Assembly: GCA_024137785.1 (NCBI GenBank)
Contig: JAHRHZ010000222.1
Location: forward strand, 31,047,996-31,111,995
Direction of reading: 5' to 3'
DNA: 64,000 nucleotides
From: Ginglymostoma cirratum
Taxonomy: Eukaryota
The translations under genes were made by a program, and so were the position numbers. Under the pieces are notes generated by a model, which saw nothing but the letters and a program-made list of their open reading frames with translations, did not search any database and was not told where the DNA came from. Shown here piece after piece: positions 40,301 to 52,300 of this stretch. Within the stretch, counting starts at the first letter, position 1. Every line of letters starts with the position of its first letter.

Positions 40301-43300
40301 AATAATTGATATAATAATCACTGAAAACCCAATAATTAACTACTACTTTTCTGCTAATATGCGTTTTTGCATCATTTACTGCAATGAGTCCTCCCAATTT
40401 CCATACTGGCTTTAGCTACAGTATTTCAATCAAATAGTCTAATAAAACAAAAATAACAACAGAAAATTGTACCAATCATAACTTTTAACAATTTAACCTT
40501 TAAAACATACAAAGTAAGTCTTGGCTCCTATAAAGCACAAAGTTAAAGTACAGTGGAATCAACACTGTAATGATACGACAGTTCAAGGAAAGAGTTTAGA
40601 ATTAACTTTGTCATTCTTTGGCTGTGAATTTTAACTCCTAAAAACTCAGTTTTCAGTCAATAACATTCTGTTTAGGTTATATCTTAGTAGTGAACAAAAA
40701 TTTGGAGTTGATATTTGATTTTATCCACTATGCCATTTTAAAGATGTGAAACAGACAAAGACAATTTACCTTAAAATTTCTATTCTGCACATCTTACTTT
40801 TGAGTGCATTCGCAATGATCTCTGCTCCTTCATCGTCTAGCATGTTTCCCTCTAAACTGTGAATGAAAAGAAAATTATCACCTTGTTGTTAGCCTGGCAT
40901 TTATGAATATTTTTCAACTAATGACATATTCATTCCTATAGCTGTACTGGTTAACACCTCAATTTTAGGTAGCCCATTTCTGCTCATGGCATGACCTCCT
41001 ATTCTCTTCATTGACCCGGGACTGATCCCTGGCTTTACCATCATGGTACAGTGTGTGATATGTTGGATCATGATGTTGCAGACTATAGATGAGTACTGCT
41101 GTGCTCCTGCTGATGGCCCACAGTGACTCATGGATGTCTAGTCTTGAGTTGAAGATCAGTTTGAAATCTATTCCATTCAAGACAGCGGTATTCCCCACAG
41201 AAAAACGGAGGGCAACCTCAATGAGAAGGCAGGCCTATGTCAACAAAAGAAAAATGTGGATACACCTGCCATGGATAGATTAGTGGGGGCGAGGTCAAGT
41301 ACAATTTTTCCCTCTTGTTGGTTCCCTCACCACCTGTTGTAAGGCCAGTTCTCCAGGGGTGGGGTGGAGTGGACAGGGTGGTGTTGAGGGAGTGGCAAAG
41401 GATGCTAGTTGGCAGGAGGTTTCTTTTCCCATGTTTAATCCAACAATGTAAGATTTCACAAGGTCCAGAGTAAATGTTAGGGACTCCTGGGGCAACTCCC
41501 TCCTGACTGTGTTGCCACCTCTGGAAATGGTGATGGGTGACGTCAGGAACATTGTCTGTAAGATATGGTGCCATCTGGACGATTATATCAAGCTGTTGCT
41601 TGACTAGTCTGTGGAGCAACTGTGGAGCAATTTTTGCACAAGCTCATTCCCAGGGTCAGTAAGTAGGACTTTGCAGGGTTGACAGGGATGGACATTCTGT
41701 TGTTGTTTTTGGTGTTTTCATCAATGCTATATGGTCAATCCAGTTTCATTCCTTTTATTAGACTTTGTAGTAGTTAGATACAACTGAGTGACTTGCTGGA
41801 CCACTTCAGATGGGAGTTAAGAGTCAATCATATTGTTAAGGGTCAATCACATTGCTATGAATCTGTGGTCACATGTAGACCAGACAAAATGAGGAGGGCA
41901 GAATTCATTTCCTAAAGGGCATTAATGAATCAGATGTGTTTTTATGACAAGCGACAATGGTTTTATGGTCACCAAAAGACACGTTTCTAATTCCAGATTT
42001 ATTAATTGAACTAATATTTCACCAACTAGCATGATGAGATTCAAACTTATGTCCACTAGCATTAGCCTAGGTCAGTAGCACTATGACATTATGAACACTA
42101 GGACATTAACACTATGCCATTCACTCTCTGTTGAACCATAGGAAGAGATATAGAGAAATGACTAAAGGCTGGGTTATGAAATTGGGGTTTTGAGGAGGTA
42201 AAACACGGAAAAGGCAGTGGGGTATTAGATCAGTATTTCAAAATACTGGGGCTGATGGCACAATTGTCAATCATGGGGTTTGGGGGAGGCGGCGGGGAGG
42301 GGGGGGGGGGGGGGGGAGGCGGGGGGGGGGGGGGGGGGGTCGGGTACGTGGTGGTGATAGGGGAATGCTCTAGCTAGAGTTTCCAGGCAGAGTTTTGATA
42401 GTTAGGGAAATTAGGAATGATAAAATGATTGGCACATTCAAAATCGAAGGATGAGAATTCATTTGAGGCACTGGTGGATCAGGAGCCAACATGAGAAGGA
42501 GTGATGGATGATGGATGAATGCATGCAGGGGAGCTCGCTGAATTGAAATTTAATAGTTTGAAGCCTGCTAGGAGAACACTGGAGTAGCTAAATCTATGTG
42601 ACATGGGCATGGATGGAAGTTTTAGCAATGGCTGCGTTTGCTGACACCAGCACATGTGAACCATGCGCTACTTTAAATCACACTGGGGCTGGGAGGGGGT
42701 GGGGAGTGAGGAAGACTGGAAGGACCGTAGAAGAAGAGACCAATCCCCACCCCATCAATGTCCCGTGCACCCTTTCCCCACCACTGAAGCCCTGTTCAAA
42801 TTCCTGTGTGCAGTACTACATTTCTGTGTGATGTCACATATAAACTTGCGATGACATATTGTTTGGAAACGTACGCATGCACATTTCTGAACATGCACAC
42901 ACGCATAGTTGCCCACAATCGCCAGTGTCAGCAAACATTGCCTTAAAGGCTAATTACACTGAAAGATTTGCATTTAGTAAGATGGTATTCACGACTTCAA
43001 GATGTTCCTGGCACTTTACGCCCAATAAAGCACGTTTCACTTGTGATGTGAGAATCTGGCAACCAGCGTGAAAATAGCAATAAGATTATTGGCCAGATAA
43101 TCTTTCCTAATGATGTCACTTGGGGGATAACCATTGACGAGATACCTTACTTGAATATTAATATGAAATCTTCTAAATCTACCTGAGGGAGTAGACAGGG
43201 CCTTAGTTTAATGCTGAATCCAAAGACAGTGCACCATCTGCTGATACAGCAGAAGGTCAGCCTGAAGACTGTGCTCAAGGCTAATCTAAAACTTACTGAC

Positions 43301-46300
43301 TCAGAGACGATAACATTACATAGCCATAGCTAACATCATAATGAGTGGCTCACACTACTGTGGCACATAAAGTATCTAAATCAAAACGCAAATTTTCAGA
43401 GGTTGCTCATAGTCACTTCATAGTCCTAAAGCAACCGTCTAAGCATTGTGAACCAAAGTTGTTTATGGGACCTGCATACAACTATGTCAGACCATTGCTC
43501 TCGAATCTACGCATACATTGTATTAATCTGCTATTTAACAATCAAATATAAAGATTTTCATTTTTTTTTTACTGTTTAAGAAACTTTAAAATCAAATGTT
43601 TGAATTTGTAACAAAAGCAGAGATTGCTGGAAAAATTGTTTCTAATTTCCAGCATCTATAGATCTTTGTACTTTTTATATGAATTTGTAATAAAGATTTA
43701 AAAATATTTGCCACAAGGTAAATGTATCAATTGCAGAACAATTGAATATTCAATATGAAAATAATATTCAATATGAAAACCAAAAACACCCATAATATTT
43801 ACTGTAGGCATGTGTGAAGGATGTTGACAGCATCATTTACATGAAATGCATGATACTCTGGTAAACTAATTTAATATTAAGCATAAATCTATTAAACACT
43901 TATCGCCGTATCTTTAAAAGACAAAATGACCAAATCACCAAAATTCCAGGGTATTTCCATCTTTTCAAGCTCATACTCAAAAAAAACACATTTTAATACC
44001 TCAGTGTTTTGACTCTTGGGAAAACAGACTCGAGTCTTTGGAAACCCAAAGCTCCAGCTTTACATCCGTCTAATTCCAGTGTTTCAATAGTTGTATGATA
44101 AGAAAGAAGGTTTGCAATTGCAGTGCAGTCAGTCACATTCAAAGAAATGTAAGAAAAGTTTACAATATCACTGGTTTGGGAGGCAACTTGTTGTGTTAAA
44201 TTTTCATTTGCCGCTTCATAGAGACAATGCGAAGCTGTAAGTTTTTGTCTTTTGTGTGCTGTATACTTTATACTGTTTTCTGGAGTTAGCGTGTCTTCTT
44301 TAGGGACGTCAACTGCAGCAACATTTTTGATGGCATCAAAGACTTCTCTTTCTTTAACGTGATGTTTAGGCATCAATTGCTTCACAAGTTTTCTGTTGCT
44401 GTGAGACACCAGGCCAGCAGTGAACCTTAGTACAATCTCAAACACACTGTTCTTTGAACTGAAGGCTTTATGCACGTGATCCACACTAGGTTCATTTGCA
44501 GAAATGCAATATAATGCTGCAAAAAACTCTTGGTGCGTCAAATGGAAAAACTGCCAAATGTCAGACTGCATCATCTTCAGGCTCTCTTTGTTGAGAATTT
44601 TTTTCCAGAAGGATTTCGTGCCTTGAGCAATATTTTTTTCAACATCTTTTGCTGAGAATATTATTGTTTTATTGATGACTCCACCCCATGCAAGTTGCGC
44701 TAATTTAATGATCTCATTTTTGTCTTCCTCATCTTCTATGCAAAAGGACTCAGGGTCTTCTTCCTCATCATTGTCACAGACCAATAAACACTTGGTAAAT
44801 CTGAGGAACAAGTCTGTGATTGTCCTGGGAAAGGAAGAGAGCTGAGACCACTTGCCTTTACTATGAAAGGATTTCTGGAGGTAGAAACACAGGATGTCAC
44901 AAAATGCAGGAACATAGCAAAGTCCAAATAAGGAATCAATGCTCTTCACTGTTTGAAAGACATGTTCAGCAACTTTTTTATCCTTGAAGCACTTCAAAAA
45001 GTATGCAGCAATTTCATTTTTGGAAAATCCTAAAATTTCAGCACAACGATCAAAATATGCTTTGTTATCCAAATGAATTGTGGTTGGGCGGGATGTAATA
45101 AGGATGGTTGCATCATGAACAAGGTCTCCCTTTATAATACTTGCAATCAAATGGTTAGTGTGTTGAGCAATGGAGATGTCAACATGAGAATAAATGCCAA
45201 ATTCAAGAGATGATTTGAATTCATCCAATCCATCAAATAAAAACAGAATCCTATTGGGCCATTCTAATATCCTAGTGCACACTGCTCTCAGATGAGGGTA
45301 CCTACGTACAATAAGCTCAGTTAGACTAATTTTCTCCTTGATTGTGTTCAGCTCCCGAAAACTGAAATACAGCAGTATATAAAACCCAGCATAAAGGGTT
45401 CCACAGGCCCAACTATAGGCGATCTTTTGGATCATAACACTTTTGCCTATACCTGCCACTCCTTGCACTAGAGTGACTCGTGGTGGTTTTTCCCCAGGCG
45501 CAGATGGGGAAAGAAGCTGTCTTAAATCTATACGTTCACATGCTGTATAGTCTCTGTATTGTAGGAGTTCATGTTCTGTTTTATTCCTTTCTCGAACATT
45601 GAGAATGACTAAGCTGGTAAAATGTTCTTGTAGCAAAGGTCTGGAGTTATCAAATGCAAAGTATGGTTTAATTCTCTCCATTTGTGCTTTTACTGTTTCT
45701 TTATGGGTGGCCACAACTTCAGAGATTTCTGTAATTACAAGAGAAAAGCAATAAGGCAAGATGAAACTTGCATTGTCTCTTATAATGAACGAGTCCCCAG
45801 CAAATCTGACAGTGTCACCATACTTACTATGTTACACATATTATACATTTACCCAATGAAAACAAGGAAATCAAACTTAATCTTTCTTGCTCCACAAGGT
45901 TGATTTATGTTGAACTAAGGAGATTATAGCGTCAACATAGTTTTCGGGATTATACTCCATATGACGACATCTGCTACAGGACTTTGCCCTACAAAAAAAG
46001 GCTCATCTGAAAGGTAAATAATTGGAAATTGAACAGCAGGGGCTTACTTGTGTATCTAAAGGATTGTAAGGCATCTACTAATTGTAGTACACTTTAAGAA
46101 TTAAAATATTTCTTGTAGAAAGATAAGAAGATACCTAGTTTAAACTATAATGTATTTCATTTCACTATGTAATAAACACAGTATATTATTAAAATCAATG
46201 CTGGTGCACTCTGTATAAGACGACAAGACATCACGGAATTGAAAGCTGTCCTTTAAGAAGCTGATTCTTTCTGATGTACTATGCATAGTAATAATGGCAT

Positions 46301-49300
46301 GGCTTCCATTAACCTAATCCAGAAATCCCTAAGGCTTGCAGTGTGCTTCAATTAGAATTCCAAAAAAAAATCAAAGGCAATGACATCTGCAGAATTCTTC
46401 AGTGTAATTGTGGACTTGATAAAACCTGGCATCACATAGGCCAATGACAATCAATGGGGTGGAAGCTTGCTATTGTTTAGTAGATGGACTGGATTAGATA
46501 GTGACTTGGATGGTGAATGGGGGAGCTGGTGAATGGGGAATTTAGGAGAAATGTTCATGTGAATTGCCTGTAAGCAACTCTGGCTGGAGACTGATGTTGG
46601 GAGTTTCCTATTATGACACCCACTTCTGATACTGGAATGAAAATTGCCCCCTTTAAGCGTGAAGGCATCAAACCAAGCACGATAGATACAGATTTGACAA
46701 CAGGTCCTAGACCTTCACCAAAATAAGTGAACTGAAACATTAGGCGAATCTATATCAATACAGATTTATCTATAATGTGTTTAAATTATGTTTCCATCCA
46801 TCACTATTAAAGAATTTCAAAATCAATGGATCCAGGCTGTTAACAATACTAGAATGTTAAACGTGGAGATGTCTATTTGTTACGAACATCCAAGAGCTCA
46901 TCTTTGACAAATCATGCTTACCTTCAAGGAAATCGGTTATTTGGATTTTTTCATTGGTCCCCTCAAATGAAGCAATTGGTAGGTTTTCATGGAGAAGATC
47001 AATAGTTGGCCTGTCAACTTTGTCAGTGTAGGATTCCAGCAGTGTTGTTATAAACTGTTTTAAGCCAGGATAATAGTCTTCAGTGTCTTGTAGCACGTCG
47101 AGAAAATTAGCACATATTTCCTGCCCTCTGTGGCTTAGCATGTCGAGAAGAGTTCGTCCTTTATCAATGTCTGGTTTATCTTTTATTGCATTGTGATCAT
47201 CTTCAGATATTATCTTCTTATTCACTAAGAGGTTTAAAAGTGGTCGTATATTTGGACTGATGTAATTTACTACCATCCGACGACCTTCTTCGATAGCATG
47301 AATTGCCCAGTTGGCGCGCTTCAATTGTGAGGGAAAATATCCAGGATCTTCACACGCACCTGTTAACAATTATACAAAATCATTCAAAATCAAACTCCAT
47401 CTTCAATCAAACTAAGTTAAGTTTTGTAACTAACAGACCATATTATCCAAAGATAACTGACATTGCTTTTTTCCAATTTTGTAACCTACTGTTTTAGCTT
47501 TATTTGTCAACTTTTCATCATTACTAATTATTTTCTATATTTGACAGGTTAAGTATTGCAAATCCAAAACTTTTTTTTCCCCAAATATCATACAAAGGTT
47601 GCTATTGTTTATTTTAGCTACGCGTTTGACCTTCCAATGAACAGACATTGGGGTCCCCTTTACTATTTGAAGCTTTGCTGCTAAAAGAAGCTATCTCACT
47701 CCAAGGAATGTTCTTTTTCCAGAGAAGCTCTAAGATACCTCCAATACTGAGCAATGCAATGAATGCGCTAAAGGTTGGTCATAACAACATCAACTACTTC
47801 AGGAACATGTATATACATATCTGGAATTTTTGCGGAGTTCTCTGGGACTTACTACGTGAAAGTCATGGGAAATAGGGTGGATTGTTAAAAATAGTCACTT
47901 ATGCTTTTTCTCCAAAGACCCCACAGCATGAGATATGAAATAATCTTTCTCCTGTTTCTTGCATAAGGCATTGACTCCTTGATCAAGTGCGATGTTATGG
48001 ATGTCTATTGGTCTCTGATACCTGACCCATTCTTTATGAGTGAACAGAGACTGATCTTGCCCTATCTGACATTCACACTGGGTGACCAGCAAAGGTTGCT
48101 GGAAACAATTCAGATTATGAGGTTAATTTTGGTATCCCACCCCTCTCTACTATGGATAAGTTAATTTTAGTAAAGGCTAAAATTTAATCTGGGACCCTCT
48201 TAGTGCCAAAGTAAACATGTAAAGGGTATGTTTCCTTATGTGTAAAGTTAGAGTTTCCAAGGTGCTTGGAATACTTGGACAATGTGGCAGAGTTCTGTGC
48301 AGAAGGGCAGCATTTCACGTTTAAGGCAGGGTACACTCAATCTAAAATCCAGTGGAACTGGCTACAGATAGAAGATGCTCCCTTTTTGCACAGTGCTGCA
48401 TGTTTGCAAACAACAGGATAATAAGTCCAAAATCTGCTCTCAGAAATTTCACCACTTAAACTTGAGATCTACTGGACTTATTTCAAAGTGGTAGAAAAGT
48501 GAATTGAGTTACCTGCTTGAAAAGTTCTATTTGAAACATAAAATGAGACCGATAGAGAAAAAATATCTATTCTCTGTTGGGTATCATATACTAAAAAAAA
48601 TTGTCATTGTCAACTCTTTGTGGAAATAGGCACTAAGAATGTGATTGAAAGCTGCCATGATCCATGCCATCTATCTTAGGTTATCTGAGATGGCCCTCAG
48701 TGCTCCTTGTGAATAAGATGTTCACCTAACTAGTTTAGTTTCAAAGTAGATCTCAACTGATTTGAGAAAACAGACAGAAAGTAGTTTGCTTCCAAAGAGC
48801 CTTTGCTTCCCATTATAAGATCTTACTTTCATCTCTGATTCCTCTGCAACTGTGAAGATGTTGCACACAAATATAAAGAGATTGTACTGAAAGGTAAGGT
48901 GGCATCAGATAGCTTATCGTGGTTGCTTTGGTGAGATTATGAAACTTCTTTTCACATCGCAAAGAATACCTACTTGTAGAAATTGCAAACCACAATTGTG
49001 GTGTAATTCTGCGCCCCAGGCCCAAACAGGACATCTTCAAGCACCATATCTTGATTGGAAAGCTGGAAATGACTTAAATGGAGAAAGGCTGCTGGAGGCT
49101 GCAGTGCAGAGAAATTTGGGGGTTCTTGTGCAAGAATCACAAAATAAAAGCTTACATCAAAATTCACTAAGTTATGGGGAAGGGAATTGGAATGTTAGCC
49201 TTTATTTCAAAGGAAATGGGTGAATAAAAGTAGGGATGTCTTGCTAAAATTATATAAGGCACTCTTCAGACGATTGCTGGGACACTGAACAGCTCTGATC

Positions 49301-52300
49301 CCCTTATGGGAAAAATGGTATACTGTCACTGGAAGCAGTCCAGGGAAGGTTCACTTGGTTGATTCTAAGTATGAAGGGATTTCCTTATGAGGAGAGGTTG
49401 AATAGGTCGGGTCTGCACTCACTTGAGTTTAGAACAATAACAGCAAACTTACTGAAACATACTGGATTGTTAGGGAGTTTGACAGGGTGGATGTGAATAG
49501 GGTGTTTCCCCTTGTGGGAGAGTCTATGACCAGAGGTTATAATCTCAGAGTAAGGAGTCATTCATTTAGGACAGGTATGAGGAAGCATTTCTTCTCTCAT
49601 GGGGTATTAAGTCTGTGGAATTCATTATCACAGAGGGCTGTAGAGGCTGGGTCATTAAGGCTGTGGAGAAAGCGGGTACAGAGTACTGAGTTGAATGATT
49701 AGCCATGAACATCTTGAATAACAGAACAGATTGAAGGGCCAAATGGCCTATTCCTGATCCTATTTTCTAAGTTCCTATATTCAAAGTTGAGATGGGCAGA
49801 TTTTTAATTAGTAAGGCAGTCAAGGGTTGAGGGAATAAGGTGAAAAGGTAGAGTTGAGGAATATCGGATTAATTGTGATCTCAATGAATGGCGGAGCATA
49901 CTTGATGGGCTGAATGGCAACTGCTGTTTCTACATCTTACTGTCTTAAGACCTCTATTACAAAACACAAAGGTCCAAGTTTTATTTTCCCGATGTTCGTT
50001 ATTGGTTTCTTTGATCTGTCTGGCATGGTTCCTGCTCAGATTTCTTGCTTTTAGTCAATACACACATAGCCCTTTTAAGCAACAGCAGATTTTAACCAGA
50101 GCGATACAACAAGATCCATATCTCACTGCAAGTAGTTTTGACCAACATTTCCCAGTCTCCCTCTTAGCCTGGGTTTTTTCTCAAATTTAAAACATAGAGC
50201 TATGACCTGATAATAATTAAAAATTCTGCTTCCAGAAGAACCATTCAAAACTAAATTCATTTCAACAAATTGCTTAACTTACAAAACAATCTTTCTGTAA
50301 TTTAACATGCAAAGAACATATACCCTTAAATTACTACTAGTTTTGTACACAAACAGAAAATTGAGAGAAATCTGCTCACTGGAAGCCTATTGATTTTGCC
50401 ACATGTTCATTCATCATGTTTAAAGGCTGTTACTTAAATCTTTCTGACAGGAACACACTGTGCTTCTCCATATTGCTGGACACTTTCACTGTTTCTTCCC
50501 TTTTCCACAACTAAATCTCTGCTAATTGGACAAAAGGCATCACAATGAGGTTGTTAACATGGGTAAAAGGAGCAGCAGATGAGCACCAACCCTGCAAATT
50601 TAGCAATCTAGTTAATATTCCGAGGCCCTGATAGTACTTTCTGTTCATTTTACTTGGGGTATGTTGAGAGTAGTTAAAATTTTCAAAGATATCCTAAATG
50701 TCATAGTGTGATGTTAAGGGACGAGCATGCAAGGTATGTGCATAACAATTCACTGACTATTATATTAAACAAACCATTTACCCAAGTATGTTAAATAGGT
50801 TATTGCCCTTACTTCCATGTCAACTACCTCCGCCCCGCCTCAGTTTGCCTGTTGCTGAACCACTTGCCATTGCTTTTGTTACCTCTAGCTCTGACCAATC
50901 TAACCACCACCTGGTCAGCCTCCCATGTTGCACCTTTCATAAACTTGACCTCATCCAAACTCTGCCCCATATCCTAACTTACAATAATTCCTGATTACAC
51001 GTTAGTCCTGTGTTTGCTGATCTATATTGACTTTAGTTCCACAGTGTCGCAATTTAAAAACTCTTATATTTGTTTTCCAACCCATGCATGGCCTTCCTGC
51101 TCAATATTGCTGTGCACTCCTCCAGACAAATTTTTATGATACCCGGAGTACTCTAATGCTGGCCTCCCGTGCATCTCCAACTTTAAGGGTTCCACCATTG
51201 GTGGTTGTGCGTTTTGCTGCCTTATTCCTAAAGCTCTTAAATTCCCTACTTTAACCTGTCTAGTCTCTCTCTCTCTCTCTCTCTCCTACTTTACAGAGCT
51301 TAACATTTAGCTCTGTGTTCAAGTTTTTGGTCATTTGGCCTAACATCTCCTATTAGCTCAGAATCAAACTTTGTCAATGCTCCTGTGAAGTGGCTTAGAA
51401 AGTTTTATCATGCTAAATGTGTTACATAAGTGCAAGTTGTATCTATTATCATTAAAATATTAGACACAGGAGTTCAACTAAATATGTTAAATCTGGTCCA
51501 CTAATTTAAAGGGTACAATACACACAGCTACCTACTATCAAAGAATTTCTATCTTGTTATTGAACCATGGGCATTTTAGCACAAACTAATATAATTCTAA
51601 TTTATTTGTCATTTTATTATGCAGTAGAATAAATGTAATTCACCTTTAGTTTCAAAAGCAATGACTTTTGAAATTTTGTGTTTCAGAGCATCATGCTGGA
51701 CTTCAAAAGAATATACTAGCTTTCTTGTTGTAGCTTCTGTACATCTGAAGGTGAGCTGAGATACTAAACTGTATGCTCCACTTCTTTTGTGATTTTTTAA
51801 TGACATAGCAATGTCATAGTCTCCTTCTGTGAAGAATATTGTTTTGTCTTGTTCACTCTGATAATAATCTACTAGTTTTCTGTATTCCAATCGTTTTACA
51901 GAAGATGAGGTGCTGTTCCATTTACTGATGAGAACTTTCTGGAATTTATCCTCTTCCTCTCTGTACCAACAGACTTCGATTGCTTTTGGTTTGAACCAGA
52001 GAACTGCACAAGCCAGAGAGACTGAATCATTTGTACGGAAACAGTTTGGTTTAACGATGTTTGTCACTTTTGGAGCTGAAAAAAAAATGAAGAGGAATAG
52101 AATTATCTAGCTGTTCTTCTCTTAAACAAACTGTCAATCTTGTAATATGCGTCACTGATCATTTTCCTAGCATTTAAAATTTATTTTTATGCACCATTAT
52201 CTTTGGATAGAAGCGTGATGATATCCTTTGTAAGCCAATGCATTATTTGTTTCAAACATATGGTATAAACTAAAGTATTAGCTACATTTGTATTGTAGTA

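Noticed and set aside
45729-45759. ORF-track N-terminus MPYCFSLVIT of the 588-aa NACHT ORF as a standalone gene
   Set aside because: This is the intron pyrimidine tract and acceptor. Likewise the ORF-track extensions of the CARD and Ig ORFs run past clear splice sites.
50380-50525. Possible extra minus-strand exon between the Ig and CARD exons (acceptor-like ccttttgtccaattag, donor-like gtgagc)
   Set aside because: All three frames hit stops and there is no domain similarity. It cannot be excluded as a non-coding or terminal exon, which would favour the two-gene model, but it is unsupported.
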